A stretch of 53,349 nt of DNA. It comes from a virus (taxonomy: Duplodnaviria > Caudoviricetes). The notes beneath the pieces are model-generated. The model did no database searches. It was not told the DNA's origin and was given only the letters and a program-made list of their open reading frames with translations. Location: the IMG/VR virus record IMGVR_UViG_3300025695_001512, positions 1 through 53,349 of that record; one strand, given 5' to 3'. The position numbers were made by a program, and so were the translations under genes. Of the stretch, positions 1-8,094 are shown piece after piece; position 1 is the stretch's first letter; each line of letters begins with the position of its first letter.

Positions 1-1
1 T

Positions 2-289
2 ATTGAGAGAGTAGGTACGTTATCAGGTAGATATCAAGTTTACCGTGACCCTTACTTCCCACCAAACACTGTATTGATGGGTCATAAAGGTTCTTCTCTA
101 TTGGATACAGGTTACGTTTACGCACCATATGTACCACTACAGTTGACACCAACAATGTATAACCCATTCAACTTTACACCAATCAAAGGTATCATGACTA
201 GATACGCTAAGAAGATGGTGAACAACAGATTCTACGGTAGAATCATCGTTGATGGTGTTAGAACGTTCGATTTGAACTCTTTAAGATAA
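2..289 (+). CDS. Major capsid protein, T4 gp23-like, C-terminal part (5' truncated by the window)
   Basis: Frame is open from nt 2: IERVGTLSGRYQVYRDPY...GYVYAPYVPL...FTPIKGIMTRY, the typical C-terminus of T4-superfamily capsid proteins; a strong terminator follows. Confidence 0.92.
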   Translation: MERVGTLSGRYQVYRDPYFPPNTVLMGHKGSSLLDTGYVYAPYVPLQLTPTMYNPFNFTPIKGIMTRYAKKMVNNRFYGRIIVDGVRTFDLNSLR

Positions 290-310
290 TCAATCTTAAA
301 ATTTATATTA

Positions 311-338
311 AAGGGGACCAAATGGTCCCCTTTTTTTT
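311..338 (+). terminator. Rho-independent terminator after capsid gene
   Basis: AGGGGACCA-AA-TGGTCCCCT hairpin followed by a T run; preceded by a second AT-rich hairpin TTTAAGAT-N5-ATCTTAAA (280-300). Confidence 0.9.
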
Positions 339-347
339 ATTTACTGA

Positions 348-354
348 TATTTAT
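348..354 (+). promoter_or_regulatory. Putative late promoter TATTTAT
   Basis: 17 nt upstream of ATG 372; the motif recurs before most structural genes. Confidence 0.6.
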
Positions 355-371
355 AATTAAACAAATATATT

Positions 372-1670
372 ATGTCTAAAAAAATAATACGTCTAACTGA
401 GTCAGATTTAGAAAATATTGTTCGTAATGTTTTAGAACAAGAAAGTAAAGAATCTACATATGGTCAATGTAGCGGAAACAATAATATAACTTCACCAATA
501 GTTAAAACTACTATCAGTACTAAAAATAAGGTACCCTCATCAGTTAGTTTTCAGATTGTGGCATATTTTGACGCTACAAAATCAAGTGAAAATGTATATA
601 AAGATTCTTTACTTATGTTAAAAAAACAAATTGATGAGAAACTATCATCGTTAAATATAATCGCCAAATACAGTTATAATTTAGTAGAAGTTACTAAGGT
701 TATAGGTAGTGCAAGTAATTACTTAAATGGACCTTTAAAACCTACTGTATATAATAATGGTTATGTAATACCTGAGAATAAACTAAATGAAATTCCATAT
801 AATTCATTACCTGGTGAAGGAAATTCTAATTGGAGTAAAAATATGGAATATGCCAAGAATAGGTGGTCTAATATGTTAAATTACATAAGGACTAATGGTA
901 ATTCGTTAGGTATAAAAGTAGATTCAAAACTTAATAAACCTTCCGACATTAAATCTTGGATTAGAGATACCGGAGGATGTATTGATGAGAAGCGTGATGT
1001 TAATAAATACCCAATAGCGGGTCAAAGTGTTTTAGTTAGAGGTAAAATGAATTTAATACCTGAACCACCAACAGAAGAGGATTTAGACAAAATGTTAGAA
1101 TGTGCTGAAGGTCTTAGAATAGTTGTAGGTTATTTTAAAACACCACAGACCATAGGAGGAATCGATTTTCCTAAAAATAAAAAAGCACATAGTTGTAATT
1201 TTGCAACTTTTGATATTTTATGTAACGATGTTGTTGTAGGTATATCTAATATGAATAATCTATTAAATCAAACACAAAAAACTAGTAAGGGCGATATTAA
1301 CATATTTAAAGATGGTGCACCTGCACAAATAGGTAAAGACCAACCAGGATATAACGGACCTATAGAAAATGGTGGAACTGTGTATACGGTCATTGATGTT
1401 CCGACTAATGAATTAAAAACCATTCTTAGTAAAAGTTATAACGGACAAATAAAAATGTTTATACAAGGTCATGATGGGTCTTATAGAAGAAGTGGTAAAT
1501 ATCATGGGGACGCTCCTATGGTATGTGCATTTGTTTTAGATAAAGAAGGTAATAAAAGAATTGTTTACGGACCTAAAGAACCATTTAATTCTAGCGGTGA
1601 CGTTGGTCCTGAAAAAAGATTTATGGATTCATTTAATCCATGTATTGAAACAAAGGTGATACCTGCTTAA
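372..1670 (+). CDS. Hypothetical protein with N-terminal KIIRLTESDL motif (putative head-packaged protein)
   Basis: 432-aa ORF; N-terminus MSKKIIRLTESDLENIVRNVLEQ resembles that of the 4564-4818 ORF. Confidence 0.7.
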   Translation: MSKKIIRLTESDLENIVRNVLEQESKESTYGQCSGNNNITSPIVKTTISTKNKVPSSVSFQIVAYFDATKSSENVYKDSLLMLKKQIDEKLSSLNIIAKYSYNLVEVTKVIGSASNYLNGPLKPTVYNNGYVIPENKLNEIPYNSLPGEGNSNWSKNMEYAKNRWSNMLNYIRTNGNSLGIKVDSKLNKPSDIKSWIRDTGGCIDEKRDVNKYPIAGQSVLVRGKMNLIPEPPTEEDLDKMLECAEGLRIVVGYFKTPQTIGGIDFPKNKKAHSCNFATFDILCNDVVVGISNMNNLLNQTQKTSKGDINIFKDGAPAQIGKDQPGYNGPIENGGTVYTVIDVPTNELKTILSKSYNGQIKMFIQGHDGSYRRSGKYHGDAPMVCAFVLDKEGNKRIVYGPKEPFNSSGDVGPEKRFMDSFNPCIETKVIPA

Positions 1671-2152
1671 TACCATATAACTAAAGTAGAAAATACAAAA
1701 GAGTATCCACCGTATTTTTTAAGAGTCCCTTCACCACAGCTCACCGCAGCATTTGTAAACTCAGGTGTGGTCATAATTTTATTATGTGAAGGAGATTCTT
1801 TCCAGTTATTAAAAATTGATTCAGACATCTCGAAAATTGTTTGACCGTTCATATTAATTGTTGTGCAATTTTCACCCACTAACGTAAAATTATCAACTCC
1901 GTATTTTAGTAACCTATGGTATGCTTTTGGTGTCTCTGAATTCTCTATATGACCTATTTCACCTACATTAATCATATATTTTGTATGATGTTGAGATGCT
2001 AAAAAGGATTCTTTAGAAAATTCTAATTTATCCAAACCTAAAGAAATTCTGTATTCATTAATTTTCCCTAAAACTAAAGAATCTAACTCTGTTTGAGAAT
2101 AAAGATTTATTGAACTTATCAATACTAAAAGGACTGTTAATAATTTTTTCAT
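1667..2152 (-). CDS. Secreted CAP (SCP/PR-1) domain protein
   Basis: Signal peptide MKKLLTVLLVLISSINLYSQ; CAP motifs INEYR, GEN and WKESPSHNKIM. Confidence 0.85.
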   Translation of the reverse strand: MKKLLTVLLVLISSINLYSQTELDSLVLGKINEYRISLGLDKLEFSKESFLASQHHTKYMINVGEIGHIENSETPKAYHRLLKYGVDNFTLVGENCTTINMNGQTIFEMSESIFNNWKESPSHNKIMTTPEFTNAAVSCGEGTLKKYGGYSFVFSTLVIWY

Positions 2153-2156
2153 ACAA

Positions 2157-2164
2157 CAAATATA
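2157..2164 (-). promoter_or_regulatory. Bacteroidota-type -7 promoter element TATATTTG
   Basis: CAAATATA on + is TATATTTG (TAnnTTTG) on -, immediately upstream of the CAP gene. Confidence 0.5.
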
Positions 2165-2192
2165 TTAATAAATCTTGATAATACAAAATTAA

Positions 2193-2396
2193 CTACCTAA
2201 AGTTTTTTCTTTCAGTTTTACATATTTTGGAGTCTTCACCAAAATATTTACATCTTAATTCAGCCAACTCTCTTCGGTGTTCTCTAAACTTATCATGGTC
2301 GTGTGGTCTATGACCATTTATTACTGAGATTGTAACTTCTGTTGATAATTTACAAATTCTTGAACTTATATCTTTTATATCCATAGTTTTTTGCAT
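2193..2396 (-). CDS. Small hypothetical protein
   Basis: 67-aa ORF filling the gap between genes. Confidence 0.55.
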   Translation of the reverse strand: MQKTMDIKDISSRICKLSTEVTISVINGHRPHDHDKFREHRRELAELRCKYFGEDSKICKTERKNFR

Positions 2397-2428
2397 AAAA
2401 AAGGGGACAATTAAGTCCCCTTTAAAAA
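2397..2428 (-). terminator. Rho-independent terminator
   Basis: AAGGGGAC-AATTAA-GTCCCCTT hairpin with an A run on its left (U tract on -), just downstream of the 2440-2847 ORF. Confidence 0.8.
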
Positions 2429-2439
2429 AGTTTAAATAA

Positions 2440-2847
2440 TTAAGCTTTGTGAACCTCAGGTTCAGGAACCTCTTGTTGTTGTTCTGCAGGTGGAGTAGTC
2501 AATACTCTAATTGCTTTTGATACAACTTCAGATTCTTCCATACCAAATGCACTTCTTTGATGTCCCGCTCTTGCCGCTTGAACTACACAGTATAGTGCTT
2601 GGTCAGGTGTTAATTCATTAATGAATTTATCTAAATCTGCAGTATTATTATAATTAATAACATTAAACAATGTTCCAATTGGTTTTGGTTGTTCTTCTGT
2701 AGGTTGTCCTTCAGTGGAGGGAGTCTCTTCCAAAACTTCGTTTACTTGTTCTTCAACAGGTTTAGTTTCTTCTTTTTTAGTTCTTGTTTTACGTGTTGTC
2801 GGCTTTTTAGTTTCTGCCGATGTCTCTGTTTTCTTTGGTCTAGCCAT
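2440..2847 (-). CDS. Hypothetical protein with basic then acidic disordered N-terminus
   Basis: 135-aa ORF starting MARPKKTE, followed by a terminator. Confidence 0.75.
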   Translation of the reverse strand: MARPKKTETSAETKKPTTRKTRTKKEETKPVEEQVNEVLEETPSTEGQPTEEQPKPIGTLFNVINYNNTADLDKFINELTPDQALYCVVQAARAGHQRSAFGMEESEVVSKAIRVLTTPPAEQQQEVPEPEVHKA

Positions 2848-2885
2848 TTTTCTTCGTATTTAAGTGAAAAGTTTATTCTCAGTTA

Positions 2886-2892
2886 TATTTAT
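2886..2892 (+). promoter_or_regulatory. Putative late promoter TATTTAT
   Basis: 34 nt upstream of ATG 2927. Confidence 0.5.
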
Positions 2893-2926
2893 CTAATAGA
2901 TAAACAAATTATAACAATAATCAAGC

Positions 2927-3805
2927 ATGAGTGAACACATTTTATCAGAAGATTTGGCGGTATGGTTTGGTAATAAGAAAAAAAAGAAAGGTTCTTCACA
3001 ACCTAAAGGTCCTTGGGTAAACATCTGTAAGAAAAAGAAGGGTGGAGGTCATCCTCCTTGTGGAAGAAAAGATGCCGATGAAGGTGCATATCCTGTATGT
3101 AGAGGTGCTGGTGTTGCGGGTAAGATGTCACAAAAGGAAAAAGACTCAGCTTGTCGTAGAAAACGTGAAAAAGAAAAGAAAGACCCCCAAACAGGTAAAG
3201 GTCAAAAGCCAACTCGTATTAAAGTGAAAAATTATAAAAAGAAAAATGAATCGATTGACCGATTGGTTAATTTGGTATTAGAACATGACAAACCTGTTAT
3301 TTCTGAAGAATTACAATATCACATGGATAATAAAATTTCATTGGATGAAAACTTATTCAGATATGGTAGTCCAAAATATTTTAACGTAATAAATGAAGCA
3401 CGTAAACTTTATAATGAGGGTTATGGTAATTGGTCTGAAGAGGATATTGAACTATTGGAATCTGAAAGAGGTAAGTTCTTTATGTATGAAGGTGAAAGGT
3501 TACCTTTAGATTTCCCAATGATTAACGAAGCCGAATATCAAGGTAAAAAAGTTGAGTTAAACAAACCTAAATCGGGAGGTTCAAAAAAATGGTATGTTTA
3601 TGTTCGTAACCCAAAAACAGGTAAGATTAAAAAGGTAAGTTACGGTTCCCCTGTTATGACTGCCAAGTGGAATGACCCTGCAGCTCGTAAGTCATTCGCC
3701 GCAAGACACCAATGTGAAAAGAAAAAAGATAAAACTAAGGCAGGTTATTGGGCGTGTAGAGCCCATAAAGATTTCGGTAAGAATGTTTCAGGAAGATTTT
3801 GGTAA
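2927..3805 (+). CDS. Basic Cys-containing multi-module hypothetical protein (putative head/DNA-binding)
   Basis: Two Lys-rich modules (GPWVNIC...PCGR...YPVCR and AEYQGKKV...RKSFAARHQC...AGYWAC) separated by L/I-x-E-rich linkers. Confidence 0.75.
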   Translation: MSEHILSEDLAVWFGNKKKKKGSSQPKGPWVNICKKKKGGGHPPCGRKDADEGAYPVCRGAGVAGKMSQKEKDSACRRKREKEKKDPQTGKGQKPTRIKVKNYKKKNESIDRLVNLVLEHDKPVISEELQYHMDNKISLDENLFRYGSPKYFNVINEARKLYNEGYGNWSEEDIELLESERGKFFMYEGERLPLDFPMINEAEYQGKKVELNKPKSGGSKKWYVYVRNPKTGKIKKVSYGSPVMTAKWNDPAARKSFAARHQCEKKKDKTKAGYWACRAHKDFGKNVSGRFW

Positions 3806-4353
3806 TGGTATACAAACAACAAAACATATCACATAATACATTTAGAAGAGTATTCTCTGAATCTGTTGACTCAGGTGAATTAAAATGGCACAAAGACCAA
3901 TATGACCGTATTGTTTTTGTTGAGTCAGGTAAGGGATGGAAGTTACAAATGGACGAGGAACTACCTCAGGACTTGCAAGAAGGACAAAAATACTTTATCC
4001 CTAAAGAGACATATCACCGAGTAATTAAAGGGACTGGTGACCTTAAAATAACCATTATCGAAAATAATGGTAAATATAGAATACCTAAACTTGTTATGAA
4101 TGAGATGAAAAAGGGTATTATGTATGGTAGAAAGTCAAAAAATGTTAATAGATTCACACAAAACCTGATTGAAAGAGGTTATGCTACGAAAGGAGATATG
4201 AAAATCTTAAAGGAATTTTTTGACAGTAAAATGAAAAACACCATATTATCTGAAAACCAAAAAGGTAAACCTGAACAACATAAAGAATACGTTGATTGGT
4301 TATCACACGGTGGTGACGTAGGTTATAAGTGGTTAATTCAGAAATTAGTCTAA
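3805..4353 (+). CDS. Cupin-like domain protein with C-terminal W..GG...W module
   Basis: WHKD...FIPKETYHRVIKG cupin signature; ATG overlaps the upstream stop (TAATG, 3803-3807). Confidence 0.7.
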   Translation: MVYKQQNISHNTFRRVFSESVDSGELKWHKDQYDRIVFVESGKGWKLQMDEELPQDLQEGQKYFIPKETYHRVIKGTGDLKITIIENNGKYRIPKLVMNEMKKGIMYGRKSKNVNRFTQNLIERGYATKGDMKILKEFFDSKMKNTILSENQKGKPEQHKEYVDWLSHGGDVGYKWLIQKLV

Positions 4354-4530
4354 TATAAACTCAGGTTTTGGTTTGATACCAATTCTGTATTTTTCGCTTC
4401 TGTATGATTTTGGTTTTTGAAGATAAAAATAATCCATAGCTCTTTCAACTGAAGAAGCTGAGGTTTCTAAAACAACCTTTTCTGTTTTATCACTCTTAAT
4501 TTTAATTAATTGATATGTTGTGTGATTCAT
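4345..4530 (-). CDS. Small hypothetical protein
   Basis: Likely ATG at 4530 (MNHTTYQLIK...), with a TATATTTG element upstream at 4552-4559. Confidence 0.55.
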   Translation of the reverse strand: MNHTTYQLIKIKSDKTEKVVLETSASSVERAMDYFYLQKPKSYRSEKYRIGIKPKPEFILD

Positions 4531-4551
4531 CAATAGTATAGTTTTACTACA

Positions 4552-4559
4552 CAAATATA
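4552..4559 (-). promoter_or_regulatory. Bacteroidota-type -7 promoter element TATATTTG
   Basis: CAAATATA on the + strand, 21 nt upstream of ATG 4530. Confidence 0.5.
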
Positions 4560-4563
4560 TAAA

Positions 4564-4818
4564 TTATTTTTTACCAGAACAATACTTTCCTGAACATCTT
4601 TTTTCACCATCTAATCCTGGCATCTTACCTTTACAGACTTGAACCGCGTAACCGTTAGCATATGCGGATGGGTAAACTTCATACTTAGCCTTCGCCGCTC
4701 TTTTACCACGTGCACACAAGGTTGTATCTTTTTTCTTCTTTTTAGATTTTTTCTTTTCGTTAATTACTCTTGTAATAATCTCGATTAAATCTTGTTCTGT
4801 TAAACTTACCTTTTTCAT
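4564..4818 (-). CDS. Small basic protein with LTEQDL N-terminal motif
   Basis: MKKVSLTEQDLIEIITRVINE followed by a Lys/Cys-rich KAKYEVYPSAYANG module. Confidence 0.75.
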   Translation of the reverse strand: MKKVSLTEQDLIEIITRVINEKKKSKKKKKDTTLCARGKRAAKAKYEVYPSAYANGYAVQVCKGKMPGLDGEKRCSGKYCSGKK

Positions 4819-6284
4819 TTTCTATTAACGATTTGGAACTTTAGTTGTCTTTTATAAGTATTAACTTCTCGGTCAGTAATGACTTTTAAATCAATAAAAT
4901 ATTCATTAGGTATTTTATCTTCTGTGTGAAATATAAAGTAATGACTATCAGGTGTTCTATTTAATTCAGTCCAATCTTGAACTTGAACCTCAGTTTTACC
5001 TTCCTTAACGTAAACTCTATAATAAGCCTGAACTTTATTTAAAACTTCGTTTGTCGTATATGCTTTCTTTATTACGACATTAACTTTACGTGTGTCAGTT
5101 CCTAATATTTTCTCATCTTGTTTAATACCATAAAAATCAAAACCATATATGGATGGTTCGTTTGTTGTTGAACCAATCTGATAAAGATTGGATAAATCAT
5201 TAATGACAAATTCATTTTCCACATCATTAAGTTCAACACCATTAACTTCCAAACCTTTCCAAACATCATAATACATACAAGGAACTGTTGTTACAGTTAA
5301 ACCACTAACCTCAACCTCATAAACACCATTAGTTACTTGACATGTAGTTAAATTTGTAAAACCATTTACGGGGTTACCGTTCAAATCTAAGATGTCAACA
5401 GTTGGGTTTGAGTCAAAGTTTTGAGGGACACCAAAATTATAAGAATATAGGTAAAGTTTATTTGATTTATTATTGTAGAAGATGTTACGGTCGTCCTGAA
5501 TTAAATCGTCATATGTTGTTTCCAAATAAGGCTCGTAGAATGTTTGAGTGTGTCTTGAAAAGAAACCAACTGAATAATTTTCAGTCAAACCTGTTATGTT
5601 TTCAACCTCAGGATAAAACGCCACACCCCATCCTGTAACACCTGTAGTGGTACCTGTAAGAATATTATTAATCTCATCAGTCATATCAAATTCAATATCT
5701 TCATTACCGAACTCAAAATGTTGTCTATCGATAATAGTTAAACCACTAAAGTTTAAACCTGATATTGATTGATTGTTTTCATTATCATAGATACCTGACA
5801 ATGACCAATTTTTAATTGTTTGGGCTTCATACCAGTTTGACGGTCTACTTGAAAATGATTTATCGGTTGGTATTTGGCTAAAATCGTAATAATCGTAACC
5901 TACACCTTCATCCCACATTTGAGGATTTCCTGTATCACCAGACACTTTTGGGATTCTAAATAAAACTAAATCGAAAGATGTTGCTCTTCTTCTTCCATTG
6001 GACCATTTATCGTTTAACAGTTCTTTGTCAAATGCTGATGAGTTGGTCATTCTTAAGGTATGGGTCATATTTTTAGAACAACCTGTAGATATTTCACCAC
6101 TACTGATTTTTGATTGTAGTGAATCTAAATCTATATCGAAAATAAAACGACTAAAACCTTTAGGTAATAATACATTATCTACCCTACCGAAAAATAATTC
6201 AACAATAGGATTTCTACCCGTATTTACATACGAATTATAAACTAAAGTATTGTTTCTACTAAAATATGATTTATAAACAGACAT
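4815..6284 (-). CDS. Putative virion structural protein
   Basis: 489 aa, beta-rich acidic composition; TATTTAT 13 nt upstream; adjacent to the spike gene; 7 [ST]Gx[ST] motifs. Confidence 0.65.
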   Translation of the reverse strand: MSVYKSYFSRNNTLVYNSYVNTGRNPIVELFFGRVDNVLLPKGFSRFIFDIDLDSLQSKISSGEISTGCSKNMTHTLRMTNSSAFDKELLNDKWSNGRRRATSFDLVLFRIPKVSGDTGNPQMWDEGVGYDYYDFSQIPTDKSFSSRPSNWYEAQTIKNWSLSGIYDNENNQSISGLNFSGLTIIDRQHFEFGNEDIEFDMTDEINNILTGTTTGVTGWGVAFYPEVENITGLTENYSVGFFSRHTQTFYEPYLETTYDDLIQDDRNIFYNNKSNKLYLYSYNFGVPQNFDSNPTVDILDLNGNPVNGFTNLTTCQVTNGVYEVEVSGLTVTTVPCMYYDVWKGLEVNGVELNDVENEFVINDLSNLYQIGSTTNEPSIYGFDFYGIKQDEKILGTDTRKVNVVIKKAYTTNEVLNKVQAYYRVYVKEGKTEVQVQDWTELNRTPDSHYFIFHTEDKIPNEYFIDLKVITDREVNTYKRQLKFQIVNRK

Positions 6285-6297
6285 ATATTCTTTTTAT

Positions 6298-6304
6298 ATA
6301 AATA
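6298..6304 (-). promoter_or_regulatory. Putative late promoter TATTTAT
   Basis: ATAAATA on +, 13 nt upstream of the start at 6284. Confidence 0.6.
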
Positions 6305-6305
6305 C

Positions 6306-7895
6306 TTAGTTTATGCGAATATACTTGTTTAAAATCTTTTGATTTGCTTTTCTTAATTCATTAAGTAGGTCATCGAACTTAACACCGTTCACCGATTGAC
6401 TATCAGGAACCATTCCATGATATGGATGAACGTGTCCAATTAAGAATTGAACAATTAAATCTAACAATTCAATAAGTTCTTCACCTCTAACCATAGAAGA
6501 CGTATTTGGTTCTATCTCATCTGATACCTTATTTGGTCCAATACCATATAAGGTATCACTTAAATTAATTTTATCACCACCATCTTTTTTTGAGTTGTGT
6601 GATAATAAGTAGAGATATTCACCACCCATTATACCTGCAGTGTTACTAATTGCCTGAACATTTTTTGGTATCTCAATATTTTCTTCTGGAACGTAAGGAA
6701 CTGTATCCTTTTTTGTTTCATCATAAATTAAACCATAACCACCATTTGCGGAATTAGTAACTTTAATACCACTCATTAAATTAGTAATAAAAGTTTTTTC
6801 ACGAGTTGTTGAGGTATCTGAATTTACTTTAGCATAAAGACTCGGTTGAGGTCTAAAATAAATTGGAAATGCCGGTTCTCTTAGACCGTAGGGACCAACA
6901 GGACTTACCTGTGGTGTAATTTTTTCTAAGTTTGGAATTAAACCATCAACCATACCTTGTAATATTGAATTAGTTAATTCGATAACTTTTTCTTTGGTTA
7001 TTGCAGTAAATTGAAAGGCAAAATATAAACTCTTATCTTCTTCATTAACTTCTGTAGAAATGTCAAATGAACGTGTTCCTGTTTTTTCTGAGGGTTTTAA
7101 ATTATATATGTAAATTGCACCTGTATAAAGATTAGGGTTTGCGTTATTTTCAGGATTTTGAATATTATACTCCAATAAAGTTCTTATTGGTTTATGTTCA
7201 AATTTAAACTTTAAATATTTTCTTGGTAAACCATAACTAATTTTTTCATTAAACTTTGTAAGTTGAATAAAAGCTCTTTTATCACTGGATATTGGGTAAA
7301 CGTTTGGTGTTGGTAATGTATTGAATTTTCCGGCACGTAATAAAACCGTATCTTCTTTTACTACAATGTCAGCACTACCTCTACCGTTAATTGCAATATC
7401 TACGGGTTTTGGATAAATACCTGCCTTATTTTTGTCAAATTCTTCACCCGTTTTTTCATTTCTTAATTTATTTCTATCCTTATCTCTACTTCCTAAGTTT
7501 CCATTTTTAACTGATGATTCATAAGGTTCTTCATTAATCATCGTTAAACTTGAGTGAACACCACTGATATAAAACTTATCTTTATTACCTTTATCATCGG
7601 CGTTTGAATACATCAGATGAACAAATTCACCTTTTACATTAACACCATCGTCTTGGGTTTTTGGTATAATATTTAAAAACACAGGTAGTAAAGGTCTAAC
7701 AACAAAGGGGTCTTTATCAGTCCATTTGTCTTTATCACTAATACCTGTCCCGTCTTTTACACTATTTTCTCTATCGGTAGTATTTTCTGTTTTTAATACT
7801 GCACGTATTCTACCTAAACCTAATGGGTCTTTGTTATCAATACATTCACCGTAAAAAAATACACGGTTATTATATGGTAAATTAGGCTCCGCCAT
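6306..7895 (-). CDS. Baseplate hub/central spike protein (gp5/gpV-like)
   Basis: N-terminal OB-fold motif DNKDPLGLGRIRA; C-terminal metal-binding tip motif HVHPYHG. Confidence 0.75.
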   Translation of the reverse strand: MAEPNLPYNNRVFFYGECIDNKDPLGLGRIRAVLKTENTTDRENSVKDGTGISDKDKWTDKDPFVVRPLLPVFLNIIPKTQDDGVNVKGEFVHLMYSNADDKGNKDKFYISGVHSSLTMINEEPYESSVKNGNLGSRDKDRNKLRNEKTGEEFDKNKAGIYPKPVDIAINGRGSADIVVKEDTVLLRAGKFNTLPTPNVYPISSDKRAFIQLTKFNEKISYGLPRKYLKFKFEHKPIRTLLEYNIQNPENNANPNLYTGAIYIYNLKPSEKTGTRSFDISTEVNEEDKSLYFAFQFTAITKEKVIELTNSILQGMVDGLIPNLEKITPQVSPVGPYGLREPAFPIYFRPQPSLYAKVNSDTSTTREKTFITNLMSGIKVTNSANGGYGLIYDETKKDTVPYVPEENIEIPKNVQAISNTAGIMGGEYLYLLSHNSKKDGGDKINLSDTLYGIGPNKVSDEIEPNTSSMVRGEELIELLDLIVQFLIGHVHPYHGMVPDSQSVNGVKFDDLLNELRKANQKILNKYIRIN

Positions 7896-8092
7896 TATTT
7901 ATTTCTTTTTTTATACTCTTTTAATAATTTATTATAAACTGCTTCAGTACCATCTAAATGTCTGGTCAATCTAATAATAGCCTTTTTAGTGTCTTCAAAA
8001 TCATTCTGTAAAAAATCCATAGCCTCAACCAAATCCTTATTCGGTTTACTTTCATATTCTACTATTATTTTTTTTATTCTATCTTCATCCAT
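7895..8092 (-). CDS. Small coiled-coil hypothetical protein
   Basis: 65 aa, tightly coupled to both neighbours. Confidence 0.7.
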   Translation of the reverse strand: MDEDRIKKIIVEYESKPNKDLVEAMDFLQNDFEDTKKAIIRLTRHLDGTEAVYNKLLKEYKKRNK

Positions 8093-8094
8093 AA

